Shown here in pieces: positions 53,541-60,659 of a stretch of DNA of 64,000 nt. The notes beneath the pieces are model-generated. The model was not told the origin of the DNA, searched no databases, and saw only the letters and a program-made list of their open reading frames with translations. The position numbers and the translations under genes were made by a program. The number at the start of each line of letters is the position of its first letter. The first letter of the stretch is position 1. The stretch lies in the IMG/VR virus record IMGVR_UViG_2847680403_000002, positions 2,885-66,884 of that record. One strand, 5' to 3'. The DNA is from a virus. Lineage: Duplodnaviria; Caudoviricetes.

Positions 53541-53640
53541 GGCTGGCGAGGATCAAGGTATGGCAGGCAAGGCAAGTAATGGTTGGGTAAGTCAAGTCTA
53601 GGTTAGGCCCGGCGAGACTCTCTTCGGCAGGAATAGGGCC
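53541..53640 (+). ncRNA. Candidate guide-like RNA of GGY-NN pentamer repeats
   Basis: 5-nt periodic G from 53566: GGC-AA GGC-AA GTA-AT GGT-TG GGT-AA GTC-AA GTC-TA GGT-TA GGC-CC GGC-GA GAC-TC TCT-TC GGC-AG; bounded by GGCAGG. Confidence 0.65.
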
Positions 53641-53651
53641 AACTGCAATTT

Positions 53652-53676
53652 AGGCGGCTTTCAGGCCGCCTTTTTC
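53652..53676 (+). terminator. Intrinsic terminator closing the RAMP cassette
   Basis: AGGCGGC-tttcag-GCCGCCT then TTTTC. Confidence 0.85.
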
Positions 53677-53696
53677 TTATCTTGAAAGGACAATCC

Positions 53697-54527
53697 ATGA
53701 CGAACGTGCTCCCAGGCACGGCGACTGCTGCCGTGCGCGACAAATTCTGGGTCTACCGCCCGATGCTCGATCTCATCGGCCGCTCTGAGGGCACCGACAA
53801 GGGGCGGGGCTATAACGAGACCCTTGGCTATGGCGCCTACACCGGCGGCGACGTGGATCTCGTGAGCATGACGCTCGACCAGATCGACGCGTTGCAGACG
53901 AAGATGCTGGCGAACCGGAGGAACAAGCTGAAGTCTTCGGCGCTCGGCCGGTACCAGATCATCCGCACCACGCTCCGCACGATGCGTCAGCAGCTTGGGC
54001 TCACCGGCCGGGAGAAGTTCGACGCCGACATGCAGGACCGTCTGGCCTGCTATCTCCTCGGCCAGCGCGGCATCGACAAGTGGCTCGCTGACCGGCTGAA
54101 GCTGGAAACCCTCATCGGCAATCTGGCGCAGGAGTGGGCATCAATCCCGAAGCCGAACGGAAAGGGGCATTACGAGGGGCAGAACGCCGGCGTGTCCGTG
54201 TCCATGGTCAAGGCTGCACTCGCTGAGGTCGCACGCCGTCACGCCGAGGGTCTGCCGAAGGTCGTCGAGAAGGTGCCTGTCACGGTCGAAACGCCAGTCG
54301 TGCCGAAGGAGGTCGACAAGGAGGTGAAGAAGAAGACCGGGCTGTGGGGCTGGCTGACTACGATCTTCGGCAGCGGCGGCGCTGGTCTCGCCGGGTTCCT
54401 CGGCGCCGACTGGCAGACCGTCCTCGCTATCGGTGCGGTCGCCCTGGGCGTGCTTCTCCTCCTCATCCTGCTTCGCCGACAGATCATCGGGGCGGTGCAG
54501 GACATCCGCGGCGCAGTCGAGGGCTGA
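53697..54527 (+). CDS. Endolysin (lambda R-like lysozyme fold) with C-terminal hydrophobic segments
   Basis: LDLIGRSEGT...Y...SSALGRYQI...QEWASIP. Confidence 0.85.
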   Translation: MTNVLPGTATAAVRDKFWVYRPMLDLIGRSEGTDKGRGYNETLGYGAYTGGDVDLVSMTLDQIDALQTKMLANRRNKLKSSALGRYQIIRTTLRTMRQQLGLTGREKFDADMQDRLACYLLGQRGIDKWLADRLKLETLIGNLAQEWASIPKPNGKGHYEGQNAGVSVSMVKAALAEVARRHAEGLPKVVEKVPVTVETPVVPKEVDKEVKKKTGLWGWLTTIFGSGGAGLAGFLGADWQTVLAIGAVALGVLLLLILLRRQIIGAVQDIRGAVEG

Positions 54528-54529
54528 CC

Positions 54530-54781
54530 ATGTGGGCCTTCCTCACCTCCAGGCTCGGGGTGTCCATCATTTGCGGATTGGCCGTTACCGCCATCCTCGG
54601 CTGGACCCACTACGAGATGTACGAGACAGGCCGAGCCTATGAGCGCTCGGCCATGCTCAACCGATCCGTGATCATTCTCCGCGAAAGGAGCAAAACCGAT
54701 GCCGCAGTTTCTGCGATGGATGATGCTGGGCTGTGCGCTGCTCTCGGTGGCCGCATGTCAGACGCCGGCTCCTGTGAGTGA
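54530..54781 (+). CDS. Putative inner-membrane spanin (Rz-like)
   Basis: N-terminal TM; overlaps the lipoprotein gene. Confidence 0.6.
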   Translation: MWAFLTSRLGVSIICGLAVTAILGWTHYEMYETGRAYERSAMLNRSVIILRERSKTDAAVSAMDDAGLCAALGGRMSDAGSCE

Positions 54782-54911
54782 GTGCGACGGTTGGGCAAAG
54801 CTGAAGCCGAGCGCCGATACCCGTCGCGAGATCATCGCCAAGGATCGGCCGTTCGCTGAGCAGGTGGCGAGCCACAATCAATTCGGCGCTAAGCGCGGGT
54901 GCTGGAAATAG
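54699..54911 (+). CDS. Putative outer-membrane spanin lipoprotein (Rz1-like)
   Basis: Lipobox LSVAAC. Confidence 0.65.
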   Translation: MPQFLRWMMLGCALLSVAACQTPAPVSECDGWAKLKPSADTRREIIAKDRPFAEQVASHNQFGAKRGCWK

Positions 54912-54917
54912 GGGCAC

Positions 54918-55352
54918 ATGGTGAGCGACATGACCAGATCAGAGCAGATCGTAAATAGCGTCATCATCACGGCTATAGCCAGGGTGGCAATGGTGTTCGC
55001 CTTGCCGGCGATCTATGCGGCGTTCCAACTCTATTCGAGCCTACAGGCGGCCACGCTCGACCGCATGAAAACCGACCTCACCAGCCAGATCCTGGCCGCT
55101 CAGGCCGTGGCTTCAAGTGCGCAGTCCTCGGCATCGGACGCGTCGACAGCGACGGTTGGTCTATCTACGCGCCTCACTGCAGTAGAGACCAAGCAGTCGG
55201 AAGCGGCGACGTCGAATGAGAAGTTCCAGACGGCCACGCTCAATCGCCTGGATAGAGTTCAGGATTCGATTGTCGGGCTCTCCAACACAGTGGCTGCTCT
55301 GACGGCTACCCTTCAAGCCGTTGTTGACGAGAAGCGTCGGCGGCCACCGTGA
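54918..55352 (+). CDS. Membrane-anchored coiled-coil protein (possible holin/lysis accessory)
   Basis: One TM plus coiled coil, last gene of lysis operon. Confidence 0.55.
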   Translation: MVSDMTRSEQIVNSVIITAIARVAMVFALPAIYAAFQLYSSLQAATLDRMKTDLTSQILAAQAVASSAQSSASDASTATVGLSTRLTAVETKQSEAATSNEKFQTATLNRLDRVQDSIVGLSNTVAALTATLQAVVDEKRRRPP

Positions 55353-55424
55353 CACTTGCGCTCGCCACATTGGCCTCCTATCTCGCTTGCCGCACTCGCT
55401 TTCGTCGAGCGCGCCTCAGGTAAC

Positions 55425-55458
55425 GCCCGCTCCGGTTCGCCGGGGCGGGCTTTTTTTG
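55425..55458 (+). terminator. Intrinsic terminator
   Basis: GCCCGCTCCGG-ttcg-CCGGGGCGGGC followed by a T tract. Confidence 0.85.
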
Positions 55459-55518
55459 CGTTAGGCTGGCGCTTCATGCTCAGCCTTTCTCGCAGTCTTA
55501 TGGGGTCGAAATATTCGG

Positions 55519-56013
55519 CTATTGGCCTCTAGAATCATCAGTGAGGGCGTCTAATGGCTTTCCGTTCAAAGTTGCGCCCTCAAAACGGCAGTTCGTGAAC
55601 GCGACGCCTGCCAGGTCAATATTGTCGAAGCGGCTCCCAGAGAGGTTCACGTCATTGACATTCCAATTACGCATGTCGACGTCGTTGAATGTTGCGGCTG
55701 AGAGATTCACTTGATCAAACATCGCTCTTGAGAAGTTGACGTCGAGGAACTTGGACTCCGATAGGTTGGCGTCGCTCGCGTCCAATTTTTCGGCCGTCTT
55801 GTGAAGTTCGATTACGTCGCCCAGCACTGAAAATGACAAGCGCTTGTCCGTGCTGTCTCTACCGATCGTTGCGGATAATCTGTTCCAATCTTTCATACCG
55901 AATTGCTTTGCGATGAGTTCGAGACACTCGCTGTGGGACAGGTCAATTTGGCGAGCGCTGAGGTTCTCGCGCAAGGATTTTGCCATGCTCTTGATGCTTG
56001 CAGAGCTAAACAT
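55519..56013 (-). CDS. Glyoxalase_8-type N-terminal domain fused to pentapeptide repeats
   Basis: KSMAKSLR...SHSECLELIAKQFG..DWNRLSA, then ANLSESKFLDVNFSRAMFDQVNLSAATF... Confidence 0.8.
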   Translation of the reverse strand: MFSSASIKSMAKSLRENLSARQIDLSHSECLELIAKQFGMKDWNRLSATIGRDSTDKRLSFSVLGDVIELHKTAEKLDASDANLSESKFLDVNFSRAMFDQVNLSAATFNDVDMRNWNVNDVNLSGSRFDNIDLAGVAFTNCRFEGATLNGKPLDALTDDSRGQ

Positions 56014-56688
56014 TCCAGTTCCTCAAGGACAATCTGAACGTCAGGGCTCGCGTTGCTGACTGATTGTCTCAGGCTGGATGTTGGCCGAGATCAAATGTGC
56101 ATTCACCAATCCGAATTCGGTGCGAGCAGCGGGCTGCACAGCCCTTCCGCCAAGATACACATCCAAAACACATCTTCAACTGGAAAAAGACCAGGTAACC
56201 ACTTGTGGAGATGGCCGGCGAGCCCAAATTGATTGAGTTATCACGGGGAGCGTTCGGCCGTTGAGCCTCTGGAACCGGCCCGGCATGCGTTGCAGACACA
56301 CCAGACCGGCCCGGATCGCCAATGGAGAGAGTCGATCAGCGTCATAAAAACCGGGAAGGCGGGTTGCCGTTCCAAATTGATGCTGCAAAAAAAGCGCCGC
56401 CCGGGAGAATGGAGCGGCGCAAGTCACAGGTTGGAGCGTCTATAGAAACGGACTGCGCGGCTCGCGGTTCGAAAAATCCACTCGGCAGAAACGTAATACC
56501 CGGCCGTTGCGGCCAGATGCGAACATTTAGTCGCTTGATGATTTCGGCCCCGAATTAGTGCGGCCGGCTGGTGTTTACTAACTCACCCGGAGGCAAATTC
56601 CAGCCGACCGCAGCGCCGAAGCGCCCTGAGACGATATCAGGGCGAAACACGGTTGGCGACTCAGCCGAAACGGACTTAGACCGGCGAC

Positions 56689-56910
56689 ATGAAAGCGACC
56701 GTTGATCCCGAAACCCGCACGTTCACTCTCTTAGCCGACGGCAAGGGTAGTAGGTGGATTGGACAATATCCGATCGCGGACTATGAAAAGTGGGTGAGGT
56801 TCTACGCAGAACAACAGGAACGCTATGCGCCGCACGCGCAGTCTTATCAGCCTGCCGTTGATGCCTTGGCGAGCATTGCTGACCAGATTCGCCTTTTGCG
56901 AGGCTGCTAG
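56689..56910 (+). CDS. Hypothetical protein
   Basis: 73 aa ATG ORF. Confidence 0.55.
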   Translation: MKATVDPETRTFTLLADGKGSRWIGQYPIADYEKWVRFYAEQQERYAPHAQSYQPAVDALASIADQIRLLRGC

Positions 56911-56911
56911 C

Positions 56912-57106
56912 CTATCGCACGTCCAAGTAGGCCGCTTTCGGATCGTATGGCACGACCTTCGTAATGCGATCCCAATCGCAGGGGATCTTGGTTCGCTGGC
57001 CGTTTATGTCGACCGTGAATATCCCCATGTCATCCCACACGTCGATGACGGATACCTCGATCGTAACCTTGTCGCCCGTTTTGAGCTTGCGTGCTTTCTT
57101 GGCCAT
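56912..57106 (-). CDS. Small SH3-like hypothetical protein
   Basis: LKTGDKVTIEV; RBS present. Confidence 0.6.
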   Translation of the reverse strand: MAKKARKLKTGDKVTIEVSVIDVWDDMGIFTVDINGQRTKIPCDWDRITKVVPYDPKAAYLDVR

Positions 57107-57136
57107 GTTCCCCCTTATGCTGGCCTGAGTTATTCA

Positions 57137-57382
57137 TCACGGCGGCGGAAGGCGCATGCGCGCCCGCATGATAGCTAACTCTGTCTCGAGCTCGGCGTTG
57201 GCTTCATTGGTCAGATCATTGGCAGAGAGCAGGGCTACGAAAGCGGCGCGGATTTCCTCGCGCGTCCAGCCTACCGCCGTCAGTTCGTCGAAGAGAATTT
57301 CAAACCCGGGCGTAAGCGCTTCCTGGCAGTCGATCTGCCTGTCTGGATATGGATCCTGGCGCTTTGGCGGATTGAACCACAT
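57137..57382 (-). CDS. Hypothetical protein
   Basis: PDRQIDCQEAL...GWTREE. Confidence 0.65.
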   Translation of the reverse strand: MWFNPPKRQDPYPDRQIDCQEALTPGFEILFDELTAVGWTREEIRAAFVALLSANDLTNEANAELETELAIMRARMRLPPP

Positions 57383-57422
57383 GGCGGCACTGTATCGCCA
57401 ATTGTAAGCCGGTCAACGGATG

Positions 57423-57860
57423 CTAGTGACCCTTGGTCTTATAGACGTTCCAGAAATGCTCTCGCTTGTCTTCGTTGGGTTCCAGGCAGAATTTCATGTG
57501 AGGTTCCTGGATCAGATTCAAGACGTTTTTTGCCACATCTGCCTTGTCGGGATCGCTCGAACCGACTGGCGCTTCATAGAAATCCTGAAAGGCGCCATCG
57601 GCTTCGGCCGCTCCTAAAAACACCGTTTGGGGTCGGGTCTCATTGTAGACGACCTTCAATCGTTCGCGAGCGCCGAGCGCATTTTTACTGATAAGTTCAA
57701 ACACAGCCCGCTCAGACGTTGGGCAAGTTATCTTTTCTGGAAAAAAGTCAGGAGCTTGGCTTTCAGCGCGCACATCGCCATCGAACCACGCCAACAGCAG
57801 GCTTGTGCAGAGCGAAGTGCCGATTAGTCGCCATTTTTCGGCAACACCTGCGCTACTCAT
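57423..57860 (-). CDS. Putative exported protein
   Basis: Coupled to upstream gene; hydrophobic N-terminus. Confidence 0.55.
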   Translation of the reverse strand: MSSAGVAEKWRLIGTSLCTSLLLAWFDGDVRAESQAPDFFPEKITCPTSERAVFELISKNALGARERLKVVYNETRPQTVFLGAAEADGAFQDFYEAPVGSSDPDKADVAKNVLNLIQEPHMKFCLEPNEDKREHFWNVYKTKGH

Positions 57861-58054
57861 TGATATGCTCGCCCGCGAACGAGATGGATAGGACTGTCTC
57901 CAATATCCTCGAGCCGCTGTTGCAGTTCGCTGTTAAGGACGATCATCTCTTTCAGCGCCTTCATGACGTCGCCTTTGTGATAGGCCACAAACTTGTCAGC
58001 CACACGCTGCAGTTCGGCTTCCTGCCTGGCATCGAGGCGAACTATCCGGTTCAT
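57857..58054 (-). CDS. Hypothetical protein
   Basis: GGAGG RBS; HKGDVMKALKEMIVLNSEL. Confidence 0.65.
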   Translation of the reverse strand: MNRIVRLDARQEAELQRVADKFVAYHKGDVMKALKEMIVLNSELQQRLEDIGDSPIHLVRGRAYQ

Positions 58055-58063
58055 GCGAACCTC

Positions 58064-58765
58064 CTAGAACAGCGATCCTTGCGCCGCTGATTGCGGGTAT
58101 TTGATCTGGGTTGCAGGCTTGTCGACGATGACCAGGGCGTCGTCTGGCGCCGGCCGCTGCAAGCCCTTGGCTTCCGACCACTGCGCATTCATCCAGACGT
58201 CTGCTTCCTCGGGCGTCGTGATGATGACGGGCATGGCCTTCTCGTGGATAGGCTTGATGAGCGCATTCGGGTTGGTGGTGAGAAAGCCGAAAAGCTCGAA
58301 GTCCTGCGGGCCATCCTTGACCTTCCTGACCCCATGCCAAGGCGTCCAGACGCCTGCGAAGAAGAACAGCGGGCGATCCTCGCCGTGGGCGAACCAGAAA
58401 TTGCGCTGGATGCCTGTTTCCGGATCCTTGTCGCCAGGGGTGGGGCTCGGCTCGGCAAAGCTCGTCACCGGGACAAGGCAGCGGTTCTCCACGCCTAGAT
58501 ACTGCTGCCAGTGCTTGTAGCTCGTGCTGCGAACGTTTGTGGTGCCGTAATCGGCTTTGCCCGTCACGCGCTCTGGCGGGGTCGGCATGCCCCATTGCAT
58601 CGGAACCACTTCGCGTCCGCCATCGGCGTCTTTGCGAACCACTGGTGCAAGGAAATTAGGATAGACGTCACGCGACGGCTCATTGAAGCCCGTGAGGTCG
58701 CGCAGCGCCCGCGTCCAATCGAGCACCGCCTGTTGTGTCGTTGTCAGGTTGTAGAGATTGCACAT
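58064..58765 (-). CDS. SOS response-associated peptidase (SRAP/HMCES family)
   Basis: MCNLY N-terminal Cys, RCLVPVTSFAEP, IHEKAMPVI. Confidence 0.92.
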   Translation of the reverse strand: MCNLYNLTTTQQAVLDWTRALRDLTGFNEPSRDVYPNFLAPVVRKDADGGREVVPMQWGMPTPPERVTGKADYGTTNVRSTSYKHWQQYLGVENRCLVPVTSFAEPSPTPGDKDPETGIQRNFWFAHGEDRPLFFFAGVWTPWHGVRKVKDGPQDFELFGFLTTNPNALIKPIHEKAMPVIITTPEEADVWMNAQWSEAKGLQRPAPDDALVIVDKPATQIKYPQSAAQGSLF

Positions 58766-58770
58766 TCAGT

Positions 58771-59193
58771 TCACGGCTTTCCGGCTCTCAGCCAGTTTTC
58801 ATAAGCGACCTGCTGTTCTGGCGTGAACTCTAGATCATCATCGTCGTCGTCGCCATGCGCGGCGTAGAGCGCGGCCTTGGCCTCGTCATCCATGACAAAT
58901 TCAAGCTCGACCTCCGGGCGAAGGCGATCTGCTGGCCAATCTGCGCAGCATGCCTCAATTGCGGCTTGCTCGGCCTGATCCCATAGCGCAGCGTTCTTCG
59001 CGTCCTCGTCGGTGAAGTCAGGGTCATTTTCAGGGAAGCCGCGCATGTCCCAGCCCTCACGCGCAAAGTGTCCATCTGCTGCGTCGCTGGGATGGACACC
59101 CGCTTTGATCAAAACTGCTGCTGCCGCCTCCAGGCCGCGCATCTCTTCAGCTTCGGTCGCGCCTTCCACATGGAGTTGCAGGAACATCTTCAT
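58771..59193 (-). CDS. Acidic hypothetical protein
   Basis: GGAGG RBS; between LexA box and SRAP gene. Confidence 0.65.
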   Translation of the reverse strand: MKMFLQLHVEGATEAEEMRGLEAAAAVLIKAGVHPSDAADGHFAREGWDMRGFPENDPDFTDEDAKNAALWDQAEQAAIEACCADWPADRLRPEVELEFVMDDEAKAALYAAHGDDDDDDLEFTPEQQVAYENWLRAGKP

Positions 59194-59226
59194 TGCAGCC
59201 TCCTTTGTACCCGCTATTCACACAGT

Positions 59227-59241
59227 GAACAAAAAAGGAAC
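59227..59241. promoter_or_regulatory. Alphaproteobacterial LexA box (GAAC-N7-GAAC)
   Basis: GAAC-AAAAAAG-GAAC between divergent operons, upstream of SRAP. Confidence 0.8.
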
Positions 59242-59297
59242 AAAAGAGTCAAGCCAACCCTTGACGACGTAGGAATTTGGTCCTTTTTCATAGGGTC

Positions 59298-59624
59298 ATG
59301 CCCGAACCATATTGGCCGAAACGCAAGGGTGCTTACAGCCTTTCGCACGCGCGAGAGCACTATGAGGTTGCCCGGATATGGTGCCGGTACTGCCAGACGG
59401 AACGACACTTCCTGCTTGAGGATTTGAAGCAGCTATTTGGGGATGTGGAGTGCGACGACGTGGTTCTTCAACCTGGTTGGCGATGCGTTCAGTGCCGCAA
59501 GGAAGGAACCCTGAAGTTCGAATTGGTTCAGCCGTCGGCGCAGGACCGGCAGAAACTCGTTCTCAGGCGGATCAAGCACATCTGGTATGTACGCAAGGTC
59601 GAATGGTGGGACGAGCAGCCATGA
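59298..59624 (+). CDS. Zn-binding hypothetical protein
   Basis: CRYC...CVQC. Confidence 0.7.
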   Translation: MPEPYWPKRKGAYSLSHAREHYEVARIWCRYCQTERHFLLEDLKQLFGDVECDDVVLQPGWRCVQCRKEGTLKFELVQPSAQDRQKLVLRRIKHIWYVRKVEWWDEQP

Positions 59625-59968
59625 AGTTCCATCTGCCGGAAATCACGTACCCTCTGTCGATTGGCACCATCGGCATCATCCTGGCCACCGGGCACGAGAT
59701 CATGGCTCATTGTTGCACGAACGGTTGCCGACATGATGGTCGGCTCAATCTGGTCCGGATAGCCAAGAAGTCTCCGCTCGGACTGGGGCAGGGCACGTTA
59801 CGGCATGAGATCCTGCCGTATGTTTTCTGCCCGGTCTGCCGTGAAGCCGGGCGAGATGATAAGAACCTGACATTCACGCTATGCACACCAGAGGCGCATT
59901 GCAGGTGGCCGAAGGCGGAACACGATCGGAACGAGGCAGCCAAGAGAGCGCGAGGCGGAGAGAACTGA
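59621..59968 (+). CDS. Zn-binding hypothetical protein
   Basis: CCTNGCRH...CPVC; coupled. Confidence 0.7.
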   Translation: MKFHLPEITYPLSIGTIGIILATGHEIMAHCCTNGCRHDGRLNLVRIAKKSPLGLGQGTLRHEILPYVFCPVCREAGRDDKNLTFTLCTPEAHCRWPKAEHDRNEAAKRARGGEN

Positions 59969-60255
59969 TGGTCGACCTGCAAACCGCGATGCTGTCTGCA
60001 TACCCGGAAGCCAAGGTCATCGTCGACTGCGATCAGTGCGTCGTCCACGCGAAATACGACAAGCTCGAGATGTTGGAAGTTGGCGGAGATCGACCGTTGT
60101 CGGTGCTGCTCGCAGAGATTGTCAGGCGCAAGGGCTGCACACTGAAGGAACTAATCCCTGCCTACGACAAGTGCCGTGCCATCTATTCCAATCTGCCGGC
60201 GGATAAACCGGCCGCGCCGCCGAATGCCTACGCCAAAGCCAAGGGGCAGTTCTGA
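59968..60255 (+). CDS. Zn-binding hypothetical protein
   Basis: CDQC...GC...KC; coupled. Confidence 0.65.
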   Translation: MVDLQTAMLSAYPEAKVIVDCDQCVVHAKYDKLEMLEVGGDRPLSVLLAEIVRRKGCTLKELIPAYDKCRAIYSNLPADKPAAPPNAYAKAKGQF

Positions 60256-60536
60256 TGAAATCTCCTATCAAAATCTCTGCCGCAGCAAGGGCGCGATTAG
60301 TCATCGATATGCAGCCATGGAGAGCCAAAGCGGGTGTGGAGCTAATTCCCGCAATTGTTTGGGAAAAATCTGAGGTCTCAATCGGAGCGTTCAAAGAGAC
60401 TGAACGACACGAGATCCTTGCGAGAATACGAAGCGACAACGGATACGAGTATGTGCTTTGCACCGCGGATGAGGATGCCGAGGGGGTTGTCGGCAAGACG
60501 CTGGACTACCAGGACGGGAAGTACGTTCTTGTCTGA
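60255..60536 (+). CDS. Hypothetical protein
   Basis: TGATG-coupled. Confidence 0.55.
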   Translation: MKSPIKISAAARARLVIDMQPWRAKAGVELIPAIVWEKSEVSIGAFKETERHEILARIRSDNGYEYVLCTADEDAEGVVGKTLDYQDGKYVLV

Positions 60537-60659
60537 TGGTGAGGATTTTTGCGCCACGTATCTGCTGCCGGAGAAGCTGGCCGCGTCGCCTAGATAGCGC
60601 CTCCAATTTATATTTCGACTTCAATTCCACCAAAAATCCAACTCCTATGGAGAACAGGC

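Noticed and set aside
53541-53640. Canonical CRISPR array beside the RAMP-like gene
   Set aside because: No 25-40 bp repeats with unique spacers; periodicity is 5 nt
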